In this document: piece by piece, positions 21,101-31,127 of the stretch
How the letters are laid out: every line of letters begins with the position of its first letter
Position numbering within the stretch: the first letter of the stretch is position 1
NCBI GenBank assembly: GCA_965208575.1
Contig: CBDBOV010000003.1
Location: forward strand, 320,001 to 384,000
Length of the DNA: 64,000 nt
Source of the DNA: Spirochaetia bacterium
GTDB taxonomy: Bacteria > Spirochaetota > Spirochaetia > SZUA-6 > Bin103
Direction of reading: 5' to 3'
Notes under the pieces: generated by a model
What the model saw: only the letters and a program-made list of their open reading frames with translations
Databases searched by the model: none
What the model was told of the DNA's origin: nothing
Program-made: the position numbers and the translations under genes

Positions 21101-21151
21101 CGCATGTGCCACGGCTACGGACCAGCTCCGCCGCCGGATCCGTCGCGGTAG
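18104..21151 (+). CDS. HNH endonuclease with DUF222-like N-terminus and long low-complexity/repeat insertions
   Basis: N-terminal ILDHLDEIDRRGLALRRGFSSLFDYAVREL; C-terminal IPAAVRRHVWLRDGGRC..C..LQIHHLLPVADGG..ENLALACLAHH. Confidence 0.85.
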   Translation: MIDVTGGTGRRPFSSLGDQQLLEQTRRLAANQRGLEVHILDHLDEIDRRGLALRRGFSSLFDYAVRELRFTDAAAQRRIQTMRLCRRHGWVRAMLHSGELSVTSAAQLETAFGAAERQCRRASAPVDEERCQGLHGLPAAPSAAGAQDAEASGAGMAGAAAMTASPRPGVAAVDQEAGALGDAGGREDPYNGNDGCGRPPDEPVAGSLGAAGGHGDRHAVSDRCRPSSDEPAAVGARPAAAGAQPVGRLDSSAATSGAAPASTAATLHAPPPAVPGRVPRPGIAGNAAAATPVVPVASHAAAQHRGARHADALPARRVSSGAAWHCPAPLHAPGPAVASSDQGPAAPIPPPASGAEPVPLPVVAPSEPRRTAALAPAPLRGDRNPELCSNPDPCASPERSAGPVSAAALLHPRRQRELIEQAAGMSTRQVAGLLASAAPQVAPPRDTLRAVAPDRYTLKVSIDQECEQGLRQLKNWLSHVDPRMSWGDLVARLVREAVARHDPRGGGGRRGRTGGAAASPRWERIRTPSIVAADAGAGEQPRAATSPNAAGVRGVAPAAPAGGARAVGTRAGGAASAPPAVAAAPEGQSAGGGPAGGAGATPIRPAAAAALMLAGGGSAGGAGATPIRPAATAALKLVGGGSADGTGATPIRPAATAAPKLAGGGSAGGAGATPIRPAATAALKLVGGGSADGTGATPIRRGTTAAPKLVRGGPADGAGATRIRPAATVAPMLAGGGSADGTGATPIRRGTTAAPKLAGGDPVDGADATRIRPAATVAPMLAGGASADGTDATPIRQGTTAAPKLAGGDPVDGADATRIRPAATVAPMLAGGASADGTDATPIRQGTTAAPKLVRGDPVDGADATRIRPATTAAPKLAGGGSADGTDAMPIRRGTTAAPMLAGGVWSARGAGGTPGGASPRCTRDVPLGPRRSPPRRSIPAAVRRHVWLRDGGRCRYRDPLTGRRCNSSHLLQIHHLLPVADGGGPEPENLALACLAHHRMCHGYGPAPPPDPSR
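19870..20815 (+). repeat. 13 x 72-bp in-frame tandem repeat (24 aa, AGGGSADGTGATPIRPAATAAPKL)
   Basis: Counted directly; later units alternate as a 144-bp higher-order dimer; no spacers. Confidence 0.95.
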
Positions 21152-21322
21152 CGCCAGCTTCACGCCGTGGCCGCGTGCGGAGTTGGCCGCCCGTCGCGCG
21201 CTCCGGCAAGCGGTCTGTCGTCGATCCCGGCCATGCGAATGCTGCCGTTTCCGGCGTTCGGACCCACGCCGGAAGGCAACTTGAGCGGGCTGCGCCGGGG
21301 GCGGTAGGGTCGGCGGCGCGTG

Positions 21323-22010
21323 ATGAGGTACCAACCGCTGCCGCTGGCAGAGCGCATTACCGTTCACGGGGCGCGGGTGGACCCCGGCGCTCCGCCCGAC
21401 GGTCTGCGGACGCTGGAAGAGGGTTGCTGTCGGTGGCGGGAGTGAGGGGGCAGGTGATCTACCGCGCGCCGGGATCGCTGTTCGAGACCCGCGCCACGGT
21501 CACGCCCGGCGGTGACTACCTGCTGACGTTCCCGACCGACAGCGCCGGCCACGACCCGGCCGAGGGCCACTGCCACTATGGGCGCGCGGACCGCAAGGTC
21601 AACGACCTGGTGGCGTTCCGTTCATCCGACGGCGGCGAGAGCTGGCACGGCCCGCGCGTCGCCTTCGCCATCGACTACAACCAGCACGGTTTCGTACCGT
21701 TCATTCCGCGCGGCGGCAGCCTTCTCCATGCGTTCGGGACGCAGCCGATCTGGGACCGCTACCGGCGCGACCGGGGGCGGCGGGAGAACGCACCGATCGG
21801 CTACCGGCGGTCGCACGACGACGGGCACACCTGGGGCGATGTACGGCTGATCGAGCCGGACGACGACGCGGGATTCACCGGCATGTCGGTGATGCGCATG
21901 TGCGAGACCGAGGCGGGGAGCTGGCTGATCGGCTCGCACGAGGCGGACTGGAGCCACCGGCCGCTGCAGACGCGCCAGTACGTGTTGCGCAGCGAGGATG
22001 AGGGCGCATT
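21323..22010 (+). pseudogene. BNR/Asp-box sialidase-like protein, frameshifted and 3'-truncated
   Basis: Asp boxes RSSDGGESW and RSHDDGHTW, third cut at RSEDEG; probable ATG 21323 with frameshift at ~21420. Confidence 0.75.
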
Positions 22011-22217
22011 ACCCGGCTTTGGGTGCCCGAAGGCGGCGCGGCGCCGTATGACGGGGTTGTTGCGAGCCTTCGCGCCGGTGCTCGACCGCATCACCGTGCC
22101 GTCCGCCACGCGGGCCCGCGCACCGCTTCCTGCATTCCGTTCGCCAGTTATGAAATAGACACCTTTCTAACGGTAATCGATACGTCCATCATACTTTCGT
22201 TGAGTACCTTCGTGGCA

Positions 22218-25200
22218 ATGACGACGACGAGATACAGCACGACAGTTGTACGGAGGACATCCGCCGCGCTCGCCTTGCTACTGATAATTTTGACAGCGGC
22301 GGAGACCGCACAGGCGCAGACCTCGGTCAAGCTGGTCGGCAACACCGGGCAATCAAACGATAGCAATAGCAGTTTTCGAACCGATTACGACGACGCCGGC
22401 GGGTTCACCACCGGCCGCAATAGTGAGGGCTACAAGCTGACCAGCGTGGACCTCGGAGTTTTGCTGGCTGCCCCATTAGGAACGACGGAGCCGCAGTATA
22501 CGGTGAGCATCTGGTCGTCGAACTCGAGTGGCCATCCGGGCAGCAATCTGGGTACGCTCACGAACCCGGCCTCCCTGGTTCAGGGGACCAACTCGTTCGC
22601 CGCCGCCACGGGCATCGATCTGGACGCCCAGACAACCTACTGGGTGGTGGTGGACACAACCGCCGTGGGGGACAGACAATCTCAACTCCGTAGGACAGTC
22701 GCGAACGCGGAGGATGCGGGTGCGGCGACGGGTTGGAGCATTGCGGACGCTGGCCTTCAAAAACACATGAGCGACAGTTGGACTGAAGATGAATTAGGGC
22801 ATTCCACTCAGTTCGCCGTCCACGGCCACGCGAAGGACGAATCCGCGCCGACGCTGGTCGGCGGCACGATTCGCGGGCAAACCGTGAAGCTGTACTTCAG
22901 CGAGCTCCTGAAGACGGCGGGGGGCCCGGCTGCGGGCCAGTTCACGGTCACCGGCAATCCCACCAACCTGGGGGCGGTCACCAGCGCCACGATCGACACG
23001 TCCGAGAGCAACATCATTACCCTGATGGTGACTAATGCCTCGGCCGCGGCCGATACGGTCACGGTCACCATCCCCACCACCACCGGCATCGAGGACCTCG
23101 CCGGCAATTCCCTCGCGGCAATCACGACGGCGTTCACGCTGACCAACATCAACCCCGACGATCCCGGCGCCCCGCTCCTTACCGCCGCGTCGGTCAACGC
23201 GAGAACGCTGACGCTGACCTACAACCAGAAGCTGCTGCCGAGATATCCGCCCGCCGCGGACTTCACCGTCTCGGCGAGCACGACGAGCGTGAGCGTGGAC
23301 AAGGTCGCCCTCACCCCCGGCTCGACGAGTTCGACCGTGGCGCTGGCTCTGAGCCTGCCGGTGAAGCACGGCGAGACGGTGACGGTAAGCTACAGCAAGG
23401 CCACGAAGCCGCGGCTCCAGAACGAGTGGGGCAGTCAGGTGACCGCGCTTTCCATCCGTGCGGTGACCAACGCCACCGACCCGCCCGTGGTCTTGATCAA
23501 GTCCGCTGGAGACGGGCAGCCAATAGAAGAAGGCCAGCTTGCGAGCTTCTCATTGAACATAGACCCGGTGCCGGTGTCGGAGGTCCAGGTCGAGGTGACG
23601 ATTTCGCAGACGGGCACCTTCGTGGCAAGCGAGCACCTGGGTGCGAGGACCGTGAGCATGCCGACCACCCAGTCTCACATCTTCAATGTGCCCACGGTAC
23701 ACAACGGGGCGGATCAGGCGGACGGGGCGGTGACGGCGACGCTTGTCGCGGGTACCGGCTACACCGTGCACGCGACGAAGAACGCCTTCACCACGGTGGT
23801 GCGCGACATCGACGCGAGCCCGCCCGCGCCTCCGGCGCCACCGTCACCGTCACCGTCGCGCGGCAGCGCGCCGGCGGCTTCGGCGGGCGCGGACGTGGAG
23901 GTCGACCCGGGGGCTTCGGTGACGCTGAACGCCTCGCGGAGCTCGGACCCGGACGGTGACGCGCTGGCCTACGCGTGGGAGCAGGTCTCGGGCGCGGCGG
24001 TGACGCTTTCCGGTGCGAACACGGCGCGGGCTGCGTTCACGGCTCCGGCCGCGCCCGGCGCGCTGGAGTTCCGCCTCACGGTGACGGACCCGGGCGGGTT
24101 GTCGGACAGCGACGTGGTGACGGTGACGGTGCGCGACCTGGCGCCGAGCTTCGGCGATGCGGCGGTCGCCGCGCTGGTGCTGGTGTCGGGCGAGGCGATG
24201 GCGCCGGTGGTGCTGCCGGAGGCGGCGGGGGGCAACGGGGCGCTCTCCTACAGCTTGACCTCCGAGCCGACGGGGCTTGCGGGGCTCAACTTCGACGCGG
24301 CGGCGCGGCGGCTGTCGGGCAGGCCGGGGACGGAGGGGAGCTGGGTCTTTACCTGGCGGGCGCACGACGCGGACGCAAACCGGGCGGACGCGGACGCGGC
24401 GACCCTGACCTTCCGGGTTACGGTGGATGACTCGGGCGCTGCGATGGTAAAGCACACGGTGCGGCGCACGCTGTCGGCGGTGGCGGGGCGGGCGCTGTCG
24501 AGCGCGCTCGACAACATCGGGGCGCGCATCGAGACCTCGGTGCCGGCGAGCGGTCTGACGCTGGCCGGGGAGACGTTGCCGCTCGGCCTGCCCGCGGCGC
24601 GCCTCGCGGGTGCGTGTGCGCCGGACGCGCGCGGCCGCCACGGGTTCGGGACCACGTTCGGGCAGGCCGGCTTCGGCGCGGCGCGCGACGGCTGCGCGCC
24701 CGACGCGCGGGGCCGGAGCGTCGCGGCGGCGGAGCTGCTGCACGCGAGCGCGTTCTCGCTGACGCCGGGCGCGGCGCAGGCGGCGCCGTCGGCGCTACTG
24801 TGGTCGGTATGGGCCCGCGGCGACCTTGGCACGTTCGCGGGCCGCCCGGAGCCGGGGATACGCTACGAGGGCGAGCTGCGCACGGGCTGGCTCGGGATGG
24901 ACGTGCGCGCGGGCGCGTGGGTGGCGGGGCTTGCGGTGAGCCACGGCACGGGCGAGGCGGACTACCGCTTCGAAGAGCGGGGCATGTCCCGGCGCGGCCG
25001 GCTGCAGACGTCGCTGACCGCGCTCTACCCCTATGCAAGCTGGACCGTGGTGGACGGCCTGGAGCTGCGCGGCGTACTCGGCGCCGGGCTCGGCGAGGCC
25101 GTGCATCGCCTGGACGGCGACGAGCGCGAGACGAGCGAGCTCTCGATACAGATGGTGTCGCTGGGCCTGCGCCACGAGCTGCCCGCGCTGGCGCGGATCG

Positions 25201-25896
25201 ACCTCGCGGCGCGGGCCGACGCGAGCCTCGCGCGGATGGCGACCGGAGACGGCCCGGACTACGTCGACGGCGTGACCGCCACTACTTGGCGCTTGCGAGC
25301 CGGGCTCGAGGCCTCGCGGCGCTTTGCGCTGGGCGGCGACACCGCGCTCGCGCCGGTTCGTCGAGGCGGCCGGGCGGCACGACGGCGGCGACAGCATCAC
25401 CGGCAGCGGCCTCGAAATGGCGGGCGGGCTGCGCTTCATGACGCCGCGTCTGCAGATGGAGGCGCGCGGGCGCTGGCTCGCGTTGCACTCGGAGGAAGGC
25501 GCGGAGGAGCGCGGCGTGAGCGCGACCGTGCGCATGGCGCCCGGGGCGCACGGGCGCGGGCTGTCGCTGTCCCTGAGCCCGCGCTGGGGCGCGGGAACCG
25601 GCGGCGCGGAGGCGCTGTGGCGGGACCAACTGCCGCAATCGCCCGGAACCCCGGAAGGCGATGCCGCCGCGCTCGACGCGCAGATCGGCTATGGTGTGGG
25701 TCTCACTCCGCACGGGCTGCTGACGCCGTTCGCCGAGACCGGGCTCGCCGGCGCGGACCGCTGGCGGCTCAGGCTCGGCGCCCGGTTCGACGCCTCGCAC
25801 CTGGATCTCGGCGTCGAGGTCGCGGGCGAGCGCGTCGAGAGCGGCGCGGCCGAGCCCAAGCACGCGCTCAGGTTCGACCTCAGGCTGCGGTTCTGA
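22218..25896 (+). CDS. Large surface/autotransporter-like protein (SwmB-like repeats, Calx-beta, PKD/REJ, Ig-like, C-terminal beta-barrel); frameshift at ~25356
   Basis: Signal peptide ..AETAQA; SSDPDGDALAYAWEQVSG; LPEAAGGNGALSYSL; barrel ends LRFDLRLRF; extra G in gcgccggttcgtc. Confidence 0.8.
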
Positions 25897-25987
25897 ACCG
25901 CGCAGCCGGCGGCGGCCGGCGCCGGGGCGGGTGAGCGGTGAGCGGGTGAGCCCGACCAGCGCAAATGCAGAAGCCGGTTGACGGGGG

Positions 25988-26230
25988 TTATTCCTCGTCG
26001 CGCTCGACGATGTGCAGGGCGGCGCGCGCCTGCTCCGCCTGGTCGCCTACCCCGCCGAGCCGGGCGGCGAGGTCGGCGCGCAACTCGGCGGCGAACTCCT
26101 CCAGGATGGCACGGATTTCGGCGCACAGTCCGTCCAGGCGGGAGCCGAGGTCGGAGCGCATCGCGGCGATTTCGGCGCGGATCTCGCGCAACTCGGCGAG
26201 GACGTCGCGAATCGTCGGCTGGGCGGGTTC
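25988..26230 (-). CDS. Small coiled-coil hypothetical protein
   Basis: Heptad pattern DVLAELREIRAEIAAMRSDL; start unclear. Confidence 0.4.
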   Translation of the reverse strand, partial: EPAQPTIRDVLAELREIRAEIAAMRSDLGSRLDGLCAEIRAILEEFAAELRADLAARLGGVGDQAEQARAALHIVERDEE

Positions 26231-26389
26231 ACTTATCCGTACAGCCTACCGCGCCCGCCGGCGGTGAGGCAATGGGGCGACCGGGGCGCCGCCACCCGCC
26301 GCCGCCGGCCACCATCCGCCAGCTTGCCCGCCATGCTCACTATCGCAACAGGGTCGAAAATCCATTACTCTGACCTGTCGCCGGAGCTT

Positions 26390-27856
26390 ATGGGAGAGCA
26401 CATCAGCCATCACTGCGGGCTGTGCGTCACACACACGCTGCACGACGCCTACTCGTTCATCAAGACGCTGCAACACCGCGGTCGCGATGCGGTGGGGATC
26501 GCCGGAATCGGCGACGACCGAATCGATGCCCTCAAGTGGATCGGCACGGTGGAGACGGTGGACCTGGTCGACCTGCACAAGATCATGCCCAGTTCCGGCT
26601 ACCATACCTTCCTGGCGCACGTGCGCTATGCCACCAAGGGCAGCAAGCGGCGGCTGCTGGAGGACGCGCACCCGCACGTGATCGGCGGCACGATGGCGGA
26701 CAACGGCAGTCACGTCATCTACACCGACTGCGACGCCGTGGCGGTTCACAATGGGCACGTCGAGGAGCGGTTCCTGAACGGGGCGGGTCGCGGGGGGCAC
26801 GGGGCCGACAGTTGCGACACCGCCCGTCTGCTGCGCCTGTACTGGGAACAGGGTGCGATCGAGTTGATGCGCGCCATACCGGGCGCCTACACCATGGCCA
26901 TTGCCGATCGACGCTGCGACGAGGTGCTGGTACTGCGCGACCGCACCGGCATCCGCCCCGGCGTGCTCGGCATCAAGGACGGCAAGCACGTCGCGGTGTC
27001 GGAGGATATCGCGCTGCGCAAGAACGGCGGCGACTACCTGGAGGACCTCGACCCCGGCGCGGTGTACTATTTCGACGCCGCCGGCGGCTACCGCAAGCGG
27101 CAGGTGGTGAAGCCGCGGCTCGCGCACTGCTTCTTCGAGTGGAATTACTTCGCCGATCGCGACTCGATCGTGGAGGGGCTGTACGTGAAGAAGCTGCGCC
27201 GCGCACTCGGCGAAATGCTGGCCGAGGAGCTGGCCATGGATCGCGTCGACTTCGTGAGCTACTTCCCGCGCGCGCCGGAAGACGCCGCGCGCGGGCTGGC
27301 GCGGGCGTCGAACACGCCGTTTCAGCCGCTGTTCTACAAGCTGCGCGGCGAGCGCGCCTTCCAGGGACCGAGTGCGGACGAACGGTCGCAGTCGATATTC
27401 AGCAACATCTACCTGATTCCGGGGGTGGTGGGCGGCGTCCGCGGGCGTTCGCTGCTGGTGGTGGAGGATTCCATCGTGCGCGGCAACAACATTCGCCGCG
27501 AGCACGTGCTGTTGAAGGAACTGGGGCTGGACGAGGTGGTGCATGCGCTGTATACGCCGCCGATCGGCATCGTCGGCGACGATGGCGTGCCGCGCGGCTG
27601 CCTGTTCGGGGTGGACATGCCGCCGGGCGACCAGTTCTTTGCCCGCGACCGCAGCGTGGAGGAGATGAGCGAAGATGCCGGCACGCGCATCGTGTTCCTG
27701 ACCACCGAGGGGATGCTCAAGGTGTACCAGCGGCTCGGCATCTCCCCGGACAACCTGTGCACGTACTGCATCGGCGGCCCCCACCCCTACGCCAGGGCCG
27801 GCTTCCCGGCCGGCGCACCGGCGCGCGCGAGCGAAGCGGTAGCCGCGGGCGGGTAG
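26390..27856 (+). CDS. purF: Amidophosphoribosyltransferase-like protein (divergent)
   Basis: Propeptide + CG, QHRGRD, HVRYAT, HNGH, CFFEWNYF, VEDSIVRG, C-terminal CTYC. Confidence 0.75.
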   Translation: MGEHISHHCGLCVTHTLHDAYSFIKTLQHRGRDAVGIAGIGDDRIDALKWIGTVETVDLVDLHKIMPSSGYHTFLAHVRYATKGSKRRLLEDAHPHVIGGTMADNGSHVIYTDCDAVAVHNGHVEERFLNGAGRGGHGADSCDTARLLRLYWEQGAIELMRAIPGAYTMAIADRRCDEVLVLRDRTGIRPGVLGIKDGKHVAVSEDIALRKNGGDYLEDLDPGAVYYFDAAGGYRKRQVVKPRLAHCFFEWNYFADRDSIVEGLYVKKLRRALGEMLAEELAMDRVDFVSYFPRAPEDAARGLARASNTPFQPLFYKLRGERAFQGPSADERSQSIFSNIYLIPGVVGGVRGRSLLVVEDSIVRGNNIRREHVLLKELGLDEVVHALYTPPIGIVGDDGVPRGCLFGVDMPPGDQFFARDRSVEEMSEDAGTRIVFLTTEGMLKVYQRLGISPDNLCTYCIGGPHPYARAGFPAGAPARASEAVAAGG

Positions 27857-27934
27857 CACGCGCCACCCGCCCCGCGGCCTGTGGCAGCCGGCGGCGAAGC
27901 CGGCTGCCCGTTGGGTTCTGCTCCTGGCGACCGC

Positions 27935-28972
27935 TTAGCGCCAGCCCACCTGGTCGAAAATCCGTACCGCGGCGGCGTTGTTCTCGCCGAGCCGATGCAG
28001 GCCGAGGGTGTCGCCCTTGAGCTCGCCCCACGACTCCAGCAGCGGCGCCGGCTGCACGTTGCGGTTTACCGGGTACTCGTAGTTGGCATGCGCCCACACG
28101 CGCTGGGCGGTTTCGCCGGTGAGGAACTCCAGCAGGCTCAACGCACCGTCCACGTTCCGGGAGCTGGCGGTGATGCCGGCGCCGCTGATGTTGATGTGCG
28201 CGCCGCGGCCATCCTGGTTGGGGAAGAACACCCGCACCTGCTCGCCCACCGCGCGTTCCTCGGCATCGGACGAATTCAGCATGCGCCCCACGTAGTAGGT
28301 GTTGACGACGGCGATGTCGCCCTCGCCGGCGGCCACCGCCGACATCTGGCCGCGGTCGTTGCCCTTCGGCGTGCGCGCCATGTTGGCGACGATGCCGGCC
28401 GCCCATTCGCGTGCGTAGTTGTCGCCGTGGTTGGCGATCATCGATGCGAGCAGCGACTGGTTGTAGATGTTGGACGAGGAGCGGATCAGGATGCGGCCGG
28501 CCCAGCGGGGATTGGTCAGGTCCTCGTAGTTGGACAGCTCGTCCGGCGTCACCCGGTCGGGGTGGTAGACCACCACGCGCGCCCTGCGGGTGAGCGCGTA
28601 CCAGTAGCCGTCAGGATCGCGCAGGTGCTCGGGAACCTGTGCCAGCAGCACCGGAGAGGACACCGCCTGCAGCACGCCCGCCTCCTTGGCGCGATGCAGC
28701 CGTCCGGCGTCCACGGTCATCAGGATGTCGGCCGGCGACTCGGCGCCCTCGCGCAAGAGCCGCTCGATCAGCTCATCGGAGCCGCCCTCGACCAGGTTCA
28801 CCTTGATGCCGGTCTCTTCCTCGAACAGCCGGTAGAGCTCCAGGTCGACATCGTAATGGCGGTGCGAGTAGACGTTGACCTCGCTCTCTCCCGCCGCCTC
28901 CGCGGCCGCGGCAGTGGCCACTCCAATCAACACGGCTGCGGTCAGCAGCAGCCGTACCAAGCGATACGTCAT
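27935..28972 (-). CDS. Fe(3+) ABC transporter substrate-binding protein (FutA/FbpA-like)
   Basis: VNVYSHRHY, SPADILMTVDAGRL, RSSSNIYNQSL, VNTYYV, HINISG. Confidence 0.93.
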   Translation of the reverse strand: MTYRLVRLLLTAAVLIGVATAAAAEAAGESEVNVYSHRHYDVDLELYRLFEEETGIKVNLVEGGSDELIERLLREGAESPADILMTVDAGRLHRAKEAGVLQAVSSPVLLAQVPEHLRDPDGYWYALTRRARVVVYHPDRVTPDELSNYEDLTNPRWAGRILIRSSSNIYNQSLLASMIANHGDNYAREWAAGIVANMARTPKGNDRGQMSAVAAGEGDIAVVNTYYVGRMLNSSDAEERAVGEQVRVFFPNQDGRGAHINISGAGITASSRNVDGALSLLEFLTGETAQRVWAHANYEYPVNRNVQPAPLLESWGELKGDTLGLHRLGENNAAAVRIFDQVGWR

Positions 28973-28985
28973 GGTATCAGCCTCC

Positions 28986-29035
28986 ATTAATTGAATTAAT
29001 CAGGTACAATGAGATTAATAAAGATTAATTAAGTC
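28986..29035. promoter_or_regulatory. AT-rich candidate metal-repressor (Fur-like) operator and promoter
   Basis: attaattgaattaat..aatgagattaataaagattaatt, an AT island directly upstream of the Fe SBP in a GC-rich context. Confidence 0.5.
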
Positions 29036-29147
29036 AAGCGAAATCGCCGCGCGCCGTCGTCTTTTTTTCCGCGGTGGCCGATTGACACGCTCACAGTGCG
29101 TGGCCACGCTGGTTCGTGGGTTCCGGGTTCAGCGGAAGGAGGATAGC

Positions 29148-30062
29148 GTGACGCTTGCAGAACCGACCACCGTTCAGGTAGGCGATATCGAGATGCACGC
29201 CGACGATCTCGATCCGGGCCGCGCGGCGGCGATCTACGCCGAGCACGGCTGCCTGGTGGTGCGCGGCCTGATGCGTGCCTATGCCGAGGCAATCGGCGCC
29301 GACGTGGTGCGCACCATGGAGCAGGCGATCCGGCTCTACGAGGCCGGGCGCTACACGGCGTCCAAGGTCGGCTTGGGCACACCCGACGGCACGCTCCTGA
29401 TCCCGGCCCCGGCCGGTTTCGAGCGCGACTGGCAGGTGATGGTGACGAGTTGCCAATACACCACCAGCAGCACCTTCCTGCGTTCCGCGTTCGACCCCGA
29501 TCTGCTCGGCATCGTGCAGGCGATTCTGGGCGACGAGGTGGAGATCTTCGGCAACGGCCAGACGCTGTGCAAGGAACCGGCGGGCGGCCATCCGAAGCTG
29601 CTGCACCAGGACGCGTCCTACTTCGAGCACAAGTACGAAGGTCCGGTCGGGGTGCTGTGCTACACCATCCGCACCACGGTCGAGCGCGGTGCGCTGCACG
29701 TGGTGCCGGGGTCGCACCGCCTGGAGATCCTGGAGCACGTCGACACCGAGAGCCACCTCGGACTCGACCCCGCGCAGTGGACGTTCGACCGGGCGCTGCC
29801 GATCGAGGGCGACGCCGGCGACGCGATCTTCTTCCACGTCAAGATGATCCACGGTTCGCCGCCGAACCACTCGCAGGTGCCGCGGCCGGTGTTCATCCAC
29901 CGCTACCGGCGCGCGGATGACTACGCGGTGATCAGGGCCTCGACCGTCGAGGACCGCAAGGCACGCGCGGCCGAGGTGGACGAGGCGAAGAAGGAGAATC
30001 AGCTCGGCCTGATGGTTGCCGGCTTCCGCGGCTACGCCGACGACCGCGCGGCGCACAGTTGA
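29148..30062 (+). CDS. PhyH-family dioxygenase
   Basis: LHQD, GALHVVPGSH, IHGSPPN; GGAGG RBS. Confidence 0.9.
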   Translation: MTLAEPTTVQVGDIEMHADDLDPGRAAAIYAEHGCLVVRGLMRAYAEAIGADVVRTMEQAIRLYEAGRYTASKVGLGTPDGTLLIPAPAGFERDWQVMVTSCQYTTSSTFLRSAFDPDLLGIVQAILGDEVEIFGNGQTLCKEPAGGHPKLLHQDASYFEHKYEGPVGVLCYTIRTTVERGALHVVPGSHRLEILEHVDTESHLGLDPAQWTFDRALPIEGDAGDAIFFHVKMIHGSPPNHSQVPRPVFIHRYRRADDYAVIRASTVEDRKARAAEVDEAKKENQLGLMVAGFRGYADDRAAHS

Positions 30063-30086
30063 GCACCGGCTGGCGACAACCGGTTG

Positions 30087-31016
30087 TTAGAACCGCTCGC
30101 GGGTGGCCCACGCCTTGATCAGGTGGTGGGCGATGGCGATGGGGCCGGGCACGGTCAGCACGTCGCTGTCGCCGGCGAGGGCGCGCAGCACTTCCCGGCG
30201 TTCGAACCAGTGCACGTCGGACATTTCCTCGTTGTCGAAGCGGATGGTGGTGCTGGCGGCTTCCGCCAGGCAGCCGATCATGAGCGAGCAGGGGAACGGC
30301 CACGGCTGCGAGGAGTGGTAGCGCACGTTCTTGACCCGGATGCCGGCCTCTTCCATCACCTCGCGCGCCACCGCCTCCTCGATCGCCTCGCCCTGGTCCA
30401 CGAACCCGGCGAGCGCCGAGTACATGCGCATGCGTGACAGGCGCCCGCGCGACTGGCCGAGCAGGCAGCGGTCGGTGACCGGGTCGGCGACCACGGTGAT
30501 CACCACCGGATCGGTGCGCGGGAAGTGCTGCGCGCCGCAGGCGGCGCAGCGGCGCACCTGGCCGCCCCGCTGCGCGACCGTGGGTTGACCGCAGGCGGAG
30601 CAGAAGCGGTGGCGGCGGTGCCAGTCCAGGTTCGAGCGGGCCTGCGCAAGGATGCCGGTGTCCGCGCCGGTCAGCACGCCGCCGGCGCTGCGGCAGTCCT
30701 CGAAGCGCCACCCCTGCCGGCCGGCGATGCGGCCGGCGGCGTCAGCGAATTCGGACAGGTCGACGGCGAAGTGCGCCACGCCGTCTGCCAGCCCGAGCAG
30801 CATCGGCTCCGCGTCCGGCGCCGCCGCCCGCACGTGTGCGCCGTCCAGCCAGCCGAGCCCCGGTTGCGGGAGGTCGTTCAGCAGGACTTCGAGATTGCAG
30901 AACGGCAGGTATCGGCTGCCGGCGGCGCGCGCCGCGGCCGCGATCCATGCCTCGTCGCGCCGTTCCCGTTCGCCGCGGTCAAGCGGGTTGCCTGCGAAAG
31001 GGTGTGGGTCTCTCAT
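30087..31016 (-). CDS. nudC: NAD(+) diphosphatase
   Basis: CxxC..CxxC, FPRTDP, Nudix box GEAIEEAVAREVMEEAG, SQPWPFP. Confidence 0.95.
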   Translation of the reverse strand: MRDPHPFAGNPLDRGERERRDEAWIAAAARAAGSRYLPFCNLEVLLNDLPQPGLGWLDGAHVRAAAPDAEPMLLGLADGVAHFAVDLSEFADAAGRIAGRQGWRFEDCRSAGGVLTGADTGILAQARSNLDWHRRHRFCSACGQPTVAQRGGQVRRCAACGAQHFPRTDPVVITVVADPVTDRCLLGQSRGRLSRMRMYSALAGFVDQGEAIEEAVAREVMEEAGIRVKNVRYHSSQPWPFPCSLMIGCLAEAASTTIRFDNEEMSDVHWFERREVLRALAGDSDVLTVPGPIAIAHHLIKAWATRERF

Positions 31017-31127
31017 ATGCCGCGTCTGTCGTAGCAGGGATGCCGTTCCCGTTCGCCGCGGTCGAGGGGGTTGCCGGCGAATGGATGGGGTTCTCTCATG
31101 TGGCGCGGCTACCGTAGCAGGCTTGCC
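30960..31127. repeat. 83-bp diverged tandem duplication of the nudC 5' end
   Basis: Two copies of ccgttcccgttcgccgcggtc..tctctcat..cgtagcagg; ATGs at 31016 and 31099. Confidence 0.85.

Noticed and set aside
18104-21151. IscB/Cas9-like RNA-guided nuclease
   Set aside because: No RuvC or PLMP motifs seen and the HNH is C-terminal
25926-25951. gcgggtgagcggtgagcgggtgagc microrepeat
   Set aside because: Too short, with no functional context
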